Shown here: in pieces, positions 25,670 through 36,890 of the stretch
Numbering within the stretch: position 1 is the first letter of the stretch
Layout of the letters: the number at the start of each line of letters is the position of its first letter
Source: Octopus sinensis
Lineage: Eukaryota
Assembly (NCBI RefSeq): GCF_006345805.1
Contig: NC_043006.1
Coordinates: forward strand, 91,078,001 to 91,142,000
Length of the DNA: 64,000 nt
Direction: 5' to 3'
Translations under genes and position numbers: made by a program
The notes under the pieces: generated by a model
Databases searched by the model: none
What the model was told of the DNA's origin: nothing
What the model saw: only the letters and a program-made list of their open reading frames with translations

Positions 25670-25835
25670 TCATCATTGTTTAACGTCTGTTTTCCATGTC
25701 GGCATGAGTTGGACGGTTCAACTGGGGTCTGGGAAGCCAGGAGGCTGCACCAGGCTCCAGTCTGATCTGGCAGTGTTTCTACAGCTTGATGCCTTTCCTA
25801 ACACCACCCACTCTGTGAGCGTAGTGGGTGCTGTT
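25670..25835 (-). mobile_element. Family B (RTE 3' UTR-like) copy
   Basis: gtttaacgtctgttttccatgtc...ggatgc/tgatgcctttcctaacaccacccactctgtgagcgtagtgggtgc. Confidence 0.78.
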
Positions 25836-28239
25836 TTTCAAAATTATGATTATATATTTAGAATGTAGACAATATGTATTATGTTATGGATTTTGGTTTT
25901 GAGTTACTACAAAATTAAGCTAAGAAACTGTTCAATATTTCTTCATTCTTAGAAATATCAATATTACATCTTGATTGTTGATGCTAATATCGTATATGTT
26001 GATCATCCTTCATTTTGTACAATAATTAGTTTTATTGCCTTCTTTACGTCTTGATTAATTGTAACCATTATCAAATAACTCCAGTTCGTCTTAATTTTGA
26101 AGAGCCATAATGAATTTATAATAAAATTTATAACTAATTAAACACTCTAAGAAAGTAAAATCTGTCTTTTATGGACCTCTCTCTCTCTCTCGTTAAATTC
26201 ATTAACTTCACAATAAATTTTAACAGGTGATTGGATTTTAAATCAAAGCTATAAGTTCATTAAATTAACGCACTCCTCATTTACACCAATGCACTAATTT
26301 AGTTGTTGTTCCCTTTTTTTAGGGTGGGAGCTAGATCAAATTATATTATCATCAAGGGTGGATGTTCTTGCCATGATAATCTCACCATTCAAATTAGATC
26401 ATGGGGCTCCAAACTTAAAAGAAAATAAACTTATATAAACTTACATAACATCTGGCGAGCAAGTCAAACAACTTTGGAAAAGATCTGGGATTGGTTTAAT
26501 TTGCATAACTGCTTCGAGCAGATGTGTTTTATTTATTTTGTTTATGGCTGGTTAACTTGCTTTGTGTCCGCCCACTCAACTATAATTGAAGCTGGAAATT
26601 CCACTTACTTTCAGCCAAGTTGATTAAAGTAAGTAATGCACCTCATAAGAGGACACGTGGCTAAACTTATGACCTTTCTGTCTGGCTCTGTGCTTGAATT
26701 GTTCACCTGACATGCAATTCAATTACAGTGTGCATATGTAACAAAGCAAAGCTGCCTGTTTAGCATAAATAATTTATTAGGCAATTAATAATTTTGTAAT
26801 ACAATGTGTAAACATTATTTAGCCCATGGTTCCTGGGTTGTTTTATAATAAGATTGTTTTGTGTTGTAGCACTTCTTTATAGCCATTCATTGTTTAATAT
26901 TTCCTTGTTTTTCACAAGTTATTTTCAGCTGATGTGTTAATTATTCCTCGCTTTTTAATGCATTTCGCTAATAATTCATTCTGTTCAAAAGGCTATATTT
27001 TTTTTTAAATTGAAAAATAAATTAGTAAGGAGAAAAAAAATTTTAATAGCAAACAAAATGTAAATGAATCTGTATACACTTTGTATTACAAAAAATATTT
27101 ATACAACAATATCAAGACAAAAAGGAAAGGATGAACAACAAAAAGTGATATTTTGTTGCTATTGTTCTTGGGTTTGATATATTCAAGCAATTTTGGTTAT
27201 CTGATAACACATTTATTGGCTATCACTGAAAATGTTACTATTTAATCAGCAGTGCTACTACCACTATTGATATTTGTTGGTTGGAAATATGACAAAAAGA
27301 AAAAGAAAACTGGGATTCAAATATGTTTATGATAAAGAATTATTAATCACTTTGATTACACAGACAAGCTGGCAACATAAAAAAAATATTTAAAAAATGT
27401 GATGGTAAACTAACACTAAATGGCTGGTATGAGAACCAGGAGAACTTTTTTGAATGGAGTGTTTGCATGGACTAAATAAACAATAACATTCATGTCAACA
27501 AGATTGATTGATGTAAGCAAAAACGAAAGTGAGTAGATATGTTGTGTTGGTGCCAGTTTATTCCATGTTAGCTGCTCTTCATTTCAAATGAACTCTTCCA
27601 TATTCTCACAAAGCTCTTTTCAAAGATTGTTTACTAATCTATCTCACTATATATATATATTAGCATCTTTGTAACCTATGTCAGACTCATTTCTTATCAA
27701 TCTCTAATATAAAGGATTTGCTATTTTTATGCTTTGTGATGTATTATACTTCACTGAAAAAACCCAAAAATTTTGCGTTACAATTTCAAATGAATATTTT
27801 TCTTTTTATATTTTAAATTTTAAAACATTTTGAAAAAAGTGGCTAAACACAAACTTGAACTTGAGCTTACATGAGGCATTACACTGGCACTTCTGACCCA
27901 TTCATCACTGAACATTTCCTCACCCTTATTGTGGCCAACACCCTAAGTCTCCACAATAACCACTGTGCTCAGTCTTCCCCACCCATAACCCCTGCATATT
28001 GCCATCCCCCCACCCCAAACTTTCTCCCTCCTTCCTTGCTAATGTCAACCTGCAACAACAGCCCAGCTGCAACATTAATGGCATCAATCCCCCTGGTCTT
28101 GAACCATGTGTATAAACATGGACACTACTCCCCCCACCCACCCTTACACAGAAATCAAATTAATAAAAAACCCTTAAGTATTATTAGTATATGTCAACAA
28201 ATTAGCATATACCATGATTTAACTGACTGTTGAGACGTA

Positions 28240-28490
28240 TCCTATTCCAAAGAAAACTGCTGAAGAAGTATTCTCATGGTTTCTATATGTGATTCTCCAC
28301 CAAAGAGTACACACCCACTTGGATCAATTTGGAAGGTAGCATAGCAATGGGCTGTGCAATCTCCTGTATACTGTTTGTGTGGCAAGGGAAGCAGCAATGG
28401 GATGGTCAGTTCCAAAAGAACTTGGAGAGGGATTTCAGATGCCACCCTCTAAAAAGCCTACATGGATAATACTACAGTAGTACATGTCAG
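28240..28490 (+). mobile_element. Non-LTR retrotransposon RT fragment, Hero-like
   Basis: Frameshifted remnants WINLEGSIAMGCAISCILFV, GEGFQMPP and KAYMDNTT resemble the Hero-clade motifs GI.MGCTISPILF and PPL.A.MDD.T (recalled). Confidence 0.65.
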
Positions 28491-29027
28491 CAAATTAGGG
28501 GATTCGATGAGGTTTATATCGTTATCTGATTCAGAACTGCTTTTGTTTTGTGCCTCTTTAAAGCTAGATCTAACTTTTGGGGTCAGGTGGGTCTCCATCT
28601 TATTACTAATCTTTTTCCATTTGTTTTTTATGGTAAATGATTTTAGATTTTCAAAGCACCAATTTTCCGACAGAAAAATTGGAACAGACCCACTTTAGTA
28701 AACATGTTTGAGGCTGGAAAACATTTTCAGAGAATTCTATTGCTGCAATAACAGATATTAATGTTCTAATGTTGTGAACCTGACTTATTTTGATGCTATA
28801 ATTGCTAAACAGTTGCTCAATCTGCAGACACAACATTTGTATCATTCTACTTTTAGTAATTACAAATGGAATGATAAACATTGATTTGTATAAACCTTGG
28901 TTATGTGTTGTGCTTTTGTTTTGTGTTGTTATTTTTACTTGAAACTACCTTATGTAAGTTGTGCCTGCTGTTGTAATTATGTATGTGTCTCCATGTTTTC
29001 TGGACATAACTAAAGCACCTATTATTA

Positions 29028-29079
<52 letters not shown>

Positions 29080-29262
29080 AGGGATTGTTTCTGTTTTCAG
29101 TTTTCTATATTAGAGTTATCTCTATTTAGAGATTTTGTATTTTAAGACTTTCTCCATTTCTTTCAAAGATACACTATTATTATTGTTACTATTATTGTTG
29201 TTGTCATTATCCTCATCATCATTATTATTATTTATTTATTATTATTATTACTCCTACTGCAG

Positions 29263-29689
29263 GTGGAGCCCTAAGGAAACTGAAGATTCTCGTGACGATT
29301 ACCTGCGGTCTCTAGCCCAAAGTGATTTGACACTTAGTCCTGTTGGAGTAAATACTGAGTGCTACAGAATATATGAAGCATTATCTTATGGATCTCTTCC
29401 AGTTGTCGAAGATGTAATGACCTCTGGAAACTGCGGCCATTCAGTTTCGTCCAAAAATATTCCTCTACGGCTGCTAAAAGAAAGCAAAGCACCTTTTATC
29501 TATGTTAAACACTGGAGTGAGTTGCCTGCTCTTTTAGAAAAAGAGGCAGCAATGAGCCAAGTACAGAAAGCAAATCGTCGAAGGCATTTCATTCAATGGT
29601 ATGAAGATTTTAAATCAAAAATGAGAGATGTTTTAGTTCGGACGTTACAAGAAAAATTTTTTTATAATAAAATAAATAAAATTCAATAA
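29263..29689 (+). CDS. RXYLT1: RXYLT1/TMEM5 terminal coding exon
   Basis: Acceptor ctcctactgcag|g at 29262/29263. Reads WSPKETEDSRDDYLRSLAQSDLTLSPVGVNTECYRIYEALSYGSLPVVEDVMTSGNCG...APFIYVKHWSELPALLEKE...WYEDFK, with stop TAA at 29687-29689. The motif SDLTL.PVGVNTECYRIYEA.SYGS.PVVEDVMT.GNCG is characteristic of TMEM5/RXYLT1 (recalled family knowledge). Confidence 0.96.
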
Positions 29690-30206
29690 TATATATACAC
29701 CTGTTTTAAGGTATTTTGTATGGATCCTTTCATTAAATGTAGTCTCTGTTCCAAGGGACATTTTGTTTTTTTTTTAATTTTTTTTATTTTAAAGAAAGGC
29801 CTTTTTTTTGGTCTTGATGGGTGCCCTTTGTTGGCATGATGAACACTAGATGGCACTTTTAACAAAATATAAAACAGCAAATGATTACTGCATTAGAAAA
29901 TTACAAAGATTTTTATTTTTAAGTAAATCATAGCATTTGTGATATCAAAACTGTTATAGTAAGTCCAAAATGATTTCCATTTTGCTGCCTACACTTTTCT
30001 TCTGGTTTCATATTGCTAAACGTATTACTAAGGCTTTTCTGTTCAATGTTTTAAATCCTTGAAAAACAATCATCACCCTTTCTCCTTAATACACTTCATT
30101 TGTCCTCTTTTCTTGCTCATTTCATTGTTTTATTTAGAGATTCATTCAATATTTTTTGATAAAAGCTAAACATACACAATAGATCACTTCCATACTGGAA
30201 ACTTAC

Positions 30207-30212
30207 AATAAA
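30207..30212 (+). terminator. Candidate polyadenylation signal (AATAAA) for RXYLT1
   Basis: AATAAA about 520 nt after the stop, just before a long microsatellite. Other AATAAA/ATTAAA copies occur nearer the stop, so the site used is uncertain. Confidence 0.3.
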
Positions 30213-30239
30213 CATACCATTTCTTCTTTGTCTCTCTTT

Positions 30240-30365
30240 ATATAAGTATATGTGTATATGTATGTACATATATACATACATATATATATATATATAGATA
30301 GATATATATACACACACACACATATATATATATATATACACACACATATATATTTATATACATAC

Positions 30366-30423
<58 letters not shown>

Positions 30424-30474
30424 ATGTATGTATATGTATGTATATATATATGTATGTATGTATATATATATATG

Positions 30475-30506
<32 letters not shown>

Positions 30507-30557
30507 TGTATATATATGTATGTATATATATATGTATATATATATATGTATGTATGT

Positions 30558-30598
<41 letters not shown>

Positions 30599-30600
30599 TG

Positions 30601-30659
<59 letters not shown>

Positions 30660-30782
30660 GTATATATATATATGTATGTATATATATATATGTATATATA
30701 TATGTATATATATATATATGTATGTATATATATATATGTATGTATATATATATATGTGTGTGTGTGTGTGTATATATATATG
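30240..30782. repeat. Very long compound (TA)n/(TATG)n/(TG)n microsatellite (about 540 bp)
   Basis: Directly visible; it produces the spurious Y/I/M/H-rich ORFs at 30203-30967. Confidence 0.97.
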
Positions 30783-32438
30783 TAAGAATACACACATATA
30801 TGCTTACAAGACAGAATAGGTTCTCTCATGGAACTCAAACCATGTTTGTCTCACACACGTCTATATGGTGTTATTTCTGTACCTTAACTGTAGTACTAAG
30901 CATTCTCATCACTACTAGGTTTGCTTTGGTTACTTATCTCTATCAGTTTGGGAAGTCAGTCATTTGAACAAGTGTTACAAAAAGTATATTTCTTTTGTGG
31001 AGTACATGTTAACTAAATCTAAACCAATTATGTGTGTGTGTGTGTGCATATATATATATAAGTACATTAGCCAACACTTACTCCTCTTTCCAAAATCTAT
31101 CCTTCAGAGATTCCCACTCCTTCATCAACTCAAAATGCTCATTCTTCTAATCTTTGTCAGTTCAGATTGACTTAAGCTGTTTGGTTTTTCTTCATTTCTT
31201 TTCCACATTCTAATAAGTCTGTCAAGTATTAAAATTTATTAAACAGCATTAGTTAGAAATTTAGTTAAATTATATTGCATCTTTTGAACTTTGGAAATTA
31301 ATAATCTATGGAGGATATTTAGATTGAATTTCTTGAGAACTTAATGCTCATATGCTGTAAAATTCCGAAAGTTTTCTTAGATCTCTTAAAATAAATGGAC
31401 AGAATATTAATGCTTTACATTAATAGCATCCATAGTTCACTTATAAAATATGTACTTTTATGTCTACTAATTTTTCCAGTTCCTATTCCTTAATATTCAT
31501 AAAATGCAACAGGAAACATCAATTAAATATAACCAGGCAGTATCAAGTTGTCCTTTTATTTATTTTTCATCTTGTGCTGACTGAGAAGATATTTTTTAAA
31601 CTGCTGTGTTTATTATAAATAACCACAAAAAAATTATATTTGAAGCTCCCCCAGGGTATCTTATTTTCTTTGAAGATCAGATCACAAAATACAATTCAGC
31701 CTATAATTTTTTTAACATTTAGATCAAAATATTTCTAATTTGTTGATGATGTTTGTTGTTTTCCTTCTCTTTAAAACATTGTAGCAGCAAAATGAATAAT
31801 AGTTATTATCATTGAGTTTCAATGAAACGTAAGTATTATGAACTTGTGAAAACAGAAGTGCCATAAACTGGATGCAGGCCTTACAAATTCTCTCTTTCAT
31901 GACTGCTGCTTTTAAAGATAAATTACCATTTGAAAAATTCTTGCTTTTCATCTTCAGAATTATTACAAAGAATACTATTTTATTTTCAAAATATTCCTCT
32001 CTAATCTAATTTGTTATGAAATGTGTGAAGTCTTGTCTCTTGTTGGATTCAGAAACACTGTTAACTCAATAGTTTAGCTCATTTCATTTCTAATTAATGT
32101 ATCTTGCAAAATAACATAGATTCCTAATAGAAATTGCTTTTCTTATGCATTGGGTCTAGTGTTTGAATATTTACAGAGAAATCTCCCTTGACTTCAATGC
32201 AAGCATAACAGAGATCTAGATAATTATAACCATAAAATAATGTTTCCTCCTTTTGCACATGTTAGCAGGTGTTGCTATGAAATGTAATTTATATTATACA
32301 ATAAACACAAAAATTAATTTGTATTCTGTTTAAATGTAGGGACTATAAATCTATTTCTATCTATCCATCTGTCAATATATACATACACACTCATCCGTTT
32401 CTGTATACATATTTTATATACATTGCATATATATTATA

Positions 32439-32480
<42 letters not shown>

Positions 32481-33306
32481 ATATAAATTTGTGTGCACCT
32501 GTATACACACACATCTAGCAAAAAACATTAAATGGAAACCACTTATTAACCAAAATTGTCTGAAGGCATCACTTACGTTTTGCTAAGTATCAGTACAGTT
32601 ATTGATATGACTTTAAAACTCAACATTTCCCAGTTTAAAATGTTTTTTTTCAAAGTTTTAATTCTAAAAACAAAGAGAATTATACTTGCTATTGAACCTC
32701 TGATGCTGCCGTTACAAGTGTTGTGCTCTGCTGTAGCATGACCTGCATCAACCAACAAACTTAAAAGGAATTATTTCTTCCACTTAATGAAGTTATTTCT
32801 GTGAAGACGAGGATCTGAGTTAATGAGTGACAGTCTGCATTGGTAATTAGTGAGTATAGATAGTTACAAAATGAAGAAATGGTGGCAGAATATATACCAC
32901 CAGGTACAAGTACCATGTATTATAAGATCCCTCTCTCCCTTTCTTTCTTTCTTAAAGATTTCTACTCAGAATGTTACACTCTTTTGTTTCCTCATCCCAG
33001 ACCAATATATTCTACAGTTGGTGTAGTGTTTAGTAGAGCATCTTCATTCAACAGACTGTGCACATGTAAAAAGCAAATAGAGAAAGGTTTTTGGTAAAGA
33101 GACTTTATAAACAGTTGGTTCAAAAGTCAAAAATTAATTTAATAGATTTCAAGATTTCTAAATGATTAAATCGGATTACACAACAATAACAGCAATTTTA
33201 ATTAATGAAATATAGACTTCACTGCCTTCTCAAAACAAATTTTATTTTATCAATTCCTGACGAAAAATATTGTATTCTAATATATATATATATATATATA
33301 TAGATA

Positions 33307-33353
<47 letters not shown>

Positions 33354-33636
33354 TCCTTTCTTTCCTTTTCTGAGTGTCCAATAACACTATACTTGTTCCA
33401 CATCCTCGCGTTATTGTGTTTTCATGTTTGGATTAACTATATGTGTGTGTGTGTGCACACATGTACATGTCTGTATTTACAGATATTCTGGCATATAAAA
33501 ATGTGTGTATAGTGAACTGACTTCTGTCTACATATGTGAATCTATGCTCATACATAAGTGTTTGTGTAACTGTGGATGTTTATTTTTATTTAAAACTTGG
33601 CAGTATTATATATTTATTATATATGATATATACACA

Positions 33637-33688
<52 letters not shown>

Positions 33689-34109
33689 ATATAAATATAT
33701 GTATGTATATATATATATGGAATTACATTGATCTCTCTTGATCTATGCAATAGATCCTCTAGAATTAACAGACTTCTAACACCATTGTGTATTCAGTACT
33801 TTTGTAATTTTATCCCTCAAAATTAACAAAAACGATATATAGTATATTGTTAACGCATGTGAGTATGTGTGTGTAAAGGACTGGGTTTATATATGCATTT
33901 ATATGTTGGGTTTTTGGCAGGTAAGATCACTGTTGATACATTTAAGCATTTTTATTTTATTAGGTTCATTGAATTTTCCCTTTTGTTTTTGCAACCATAT
34001 AAAGCATAATTCCTTTTTAAGAAATTCAGTTTCAAGATTTTCACAAGTTCTAAACTTTTTTGTATTTGTTTTCAAGTCTTTTGAAAATGTTCTTCGTATT
34101 CTCTGGCAG

Positions 34110-34378
34110 TAATCGCACTTAGTGTCACATTTGCCATCAGATGGTTGGATTGTATCAGAAAGGCCACACAACATGTCTTGCAGACTCTGCCTGACGATTA
34201 CATGAACGCTACATGTGCCTGCAAAATGCTCAACTGTACACATGTTAGTTCAAGAGCTGGTCATTCAGTTGACCAAACAACTGAATTCTTATCAAATGAC
34301 AGAGATCAACCATCACACTCACCCAGGCATTACAAATTAATTTCTTTGACAACAAACTCCTATTGTGATATCTTCTGA
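34110..34378 (+). CDS. Candidate exon of an unidentified gene
   Basis: Strong acceptor ttcttcgtattctctggcag|, GC content above the flanks and an open frame IALSVTFAIRWLDCIRK...NSYCDIF*. No homology recognised, and the opposite strand also has a long ORF. Confidence 0.3.
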
Positions 34379-35029
34379 CACTTTGAAGATTGCAGTTCAG
34401 TCCATTCCATATTTATTTGTTCCAAAATCATTTCTGCAAGTTGATGTGATATCTTTTATGTTAATCATTAGAATGCTTGAAATGATTTTGAATATGAATA
34501 TTTTTCTTGTTGCAAAAAAAAAAAAACAGAAAAAAAGAAAGAAAGAAAAAATATATATAAAGTCCAAAACCAGAAATGTCTTCTGTATTCTATAAATTTT
34601 GCTTTTCATAAAAGGTTTAGAAGAAAGGAACTTAAAGTTTAAATGTTACTTTATTTATTTTTTTTTTCTGAAACTTCTATTTCTTCTTTCCTTGTTTAGA
34701 AATTTTTTCTTTTTCATTTTCAGTCTCTCTTATGAAGCTTATCTTAAATTCTTCCTTAAGGACAGTTGATAACAAATGTTGAAATATTCTATATATAAAA
34801 AAAAATGTTTTATTTTTTGTTTTTAGCACCATCTAGTGTTCAGTCTGGCACATTGTTAGTGGCAGGCATTTGTTAGCAAAATAATTTTTGTTGGGTGATG
34901 CGTTCCAGAGATTTTTGACAGAGAGCAAAAAAATAAACAAATAAATGAATAAAAAGTTAAATAACTTTGTCATTATCAATTAAAAGCAAATCTTTGGCAA
35001 AGAAACATGAACATTTTCATATATGTGTG

Positions 35030-35033
35030 TGTG

Positions 35034-35067
<34 letters not shown>

Positions 35068-35083
35068 ATGTATATATATATAT

Positions 35084-35118
<35 letters not shown>

Positions 35119-35135
35119 TATATATATAGGTGTAT

Positions 35136-35171
<36 letters not shown>

Positions 35172-35172
35172 G

Positions 35173-35222
<50 letters not shown>

Positions 35223-35225
35223 CTT
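35030..35225. repeat. (TG)n/(TATG)n/(TA)n microsatellite
   Basis: Directly visible. Confidence 0.95.
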
Positions 35226-35228
35226 GTT

Positions 35229-35480
35229 AACCCTTTTGTGACAGTGTCTCTAACAAAAATACATTCTGCCTTTGTGTGTTAATTTTTTTAAAGAATCATG
35301 AATTACAAGTGGTTTAGTGAAATAACTTACTTTCAAATTAACAGAAACAAACTATGAAAATGTAACATTATATTTTATATCATAATAATATTTCAGTCCA
35401 AGATTTAAATTTAATACTTGAATACTTTAATAGAAGCAAGTTTTGAACAGATTAATGTTAAAACAATTAAATCTGGAAGG
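35229..35480 (+). mobile_element. Diverged left end of a piggyBac-like MITE related to 40904
   Basis: TTAACCCTTTTGTGAC...AAAATACA...AATCATGAATT...AAATAACT is colinear with the first 100 bp or so of the 40904 element. No right TIR found. Confidence 0.45.
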
Positions 35481-36667
35481 GAAATATTGGCTGAGAGGAA
35501 ATAATCTTATAATATTCTGTTGCTTATGGACTGAAGATGTGATCTTCTTTTGGCAAGACCTACCTTACTAGGTTAGTGTCCGTTACTGTTATAAACTGAT
35601 GCAGTTTTATCATCTTCCACAAAATGTCTCTTGTTTCTGAACTTAACCTAAATAGTTAATCCTGTTCTTCTCAAATATCTTTTATTGGATTAAATTCTAT
35701 TTTTTCTTTTTCTTTTTCTCTTTTATTTGTTTATCTTGTTTGCTGAAATAATGCATAAAGGTTTTTTTTTAAACTCCTGTATTTTCATATTTTAATACAT
35801 ATCTATGTTAATTAACTATAAGCCATTTAATTAGCTGGAAATAATTTCTTTCTCTATAAATAAGAAAGAATAAACTGAATAAGTGTAAAATAATGTTTAG
35901 AAGACAATACAATGCAAAACCATGGAAAATATCTTAGAATCAGAGAACTTTTGAAGAATTTCATGCAGCACCTCCTCCTTCAGTAATGCCAGTATTGAGC
36001 AGTGACATTTATTTTTTTAGGCAAGCATTCCAGCCAATGTCAAAGATTATAGATTAAGTCCATCTTTGATAGGAAAAATATGAAAGGCAAGTTTAATTTC
36101 TCTCTCTTACATGAATTATTGTTCTTGTTGATCATTGTTTATTTTTGAAATTCCAAAAGGTTCGCTATTTTTCTGTTAATTATTCCTGTTTAAACTGGTC
36201 GTTTAATTGCAAAGTGCCAGAATATCCATTAAAGAATCTCTTGTTCTGAAATATCAAATTTCCATCTAAAAATTTTAAAAAAACAAATCTTGAGGATGTT
36301 TCAACAGAAATTCGTTTTTATGAAATGTACAAGAAAATATGATATAAAAATTCTATGGGATATTTTAGAATATAAGGATGTCTTCTGTAAAGGACTTACA
36401 AAACTGAATAGCAAGAGCGAATATTGTAGAAATGTTCCATCCCCCCTCCCCCAATTCCTTTATTGCATTATGTTTATAAAGGTTTTGTTCAAATAAATTT
36501 CCCCTTCAAATTACATTATGAACCAATCTCTATTTCAAGAGCAATAGTCAAACAGCAGAACCTCTTCAGCTTATATATTTATTGTTATAGTTGTTATTAT
36601 TGTTGTTGTTATTATTATCATCATCATCATCATTATTATTATTATTATCATTATTATTATCATTATT

Positions 36668-36890
36668 AAGGCAGCAAGCTGGCAGAATTGTTAGCATGCC
36701 AAATGAAATGCTTATTGGCATTTTGTGTCTCTACATTCTTCTGAGTTCAAATTCCGCCAAGGTTGACTTTGCCTTTCATCCTTCTGGCGTCAGTGAAATA
36801 AGTACCAGTCAAGCACTGGGGTTGATGTAATTGACTTATCCCCCTCCTAAAAAATTGCAGGCCTTGTGCCTATAGTAGAAAGGATTATTA
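36668..36890 (+). mobile_element. tRNA-derived SINE family C
   Basis: GGCAGCAAGCTGGCAGAATTGTTAGCATGCC...GAGTTCAAATTCCGCCAAGGTTGACTTTGCCTTTCATCC. Related copies at 46244-46460 (+), 63320-63400 (+), 25140-25270 (-) and 24215-24330 (-). Confidence 0.75.

Larger units (their letters stand above)
6213..29262 (+). other. RXYLT1: Last intron of RXYLT1 (23,050 bp, GT-AG, phase 2)
   Basis: Bounded by GTAAGT and CAG. The flanking exons join in frame, and I see no other RXYLT1-like coding sequence in between. Confidence 0.85.

Noticed and set aside
29135-29262. N-terminal extension of the 184-aa ORF (poly-L/S/Y)
   Set aside because: It is an intronic (TTA)/(TCA) microsatellite upstream of the real acceptor at 29262.
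30117-30967. Long ORFs of 147-211 aa rich in Y/I/H/M/V/C
   Set aside because: These are translations of (TA)n/(TATG)n, which lacks stops in several frames. The same applies to ORFs at 7292, 18472-18755, 21009-21553, 33270, 34967, 54852 and 60698-61105.
31830-31910. PH-domain-like YEL...SAINWMQALQ
   Set aside because: It requires a frameshift, has stops upstream in all frames and has no supporting exons.
36021-36086. Exon candidates needing a 1-bp homopolymer correction (also about 40643-40745, 33065-32990 and the read-through of 31218-31082)
   Set aside because: Each has an in-frame stop as given. The intact RXYLT1 exons and the 850-nt Penelope ORF argue against frequent assembly indels, so correcting them would be overfitting.
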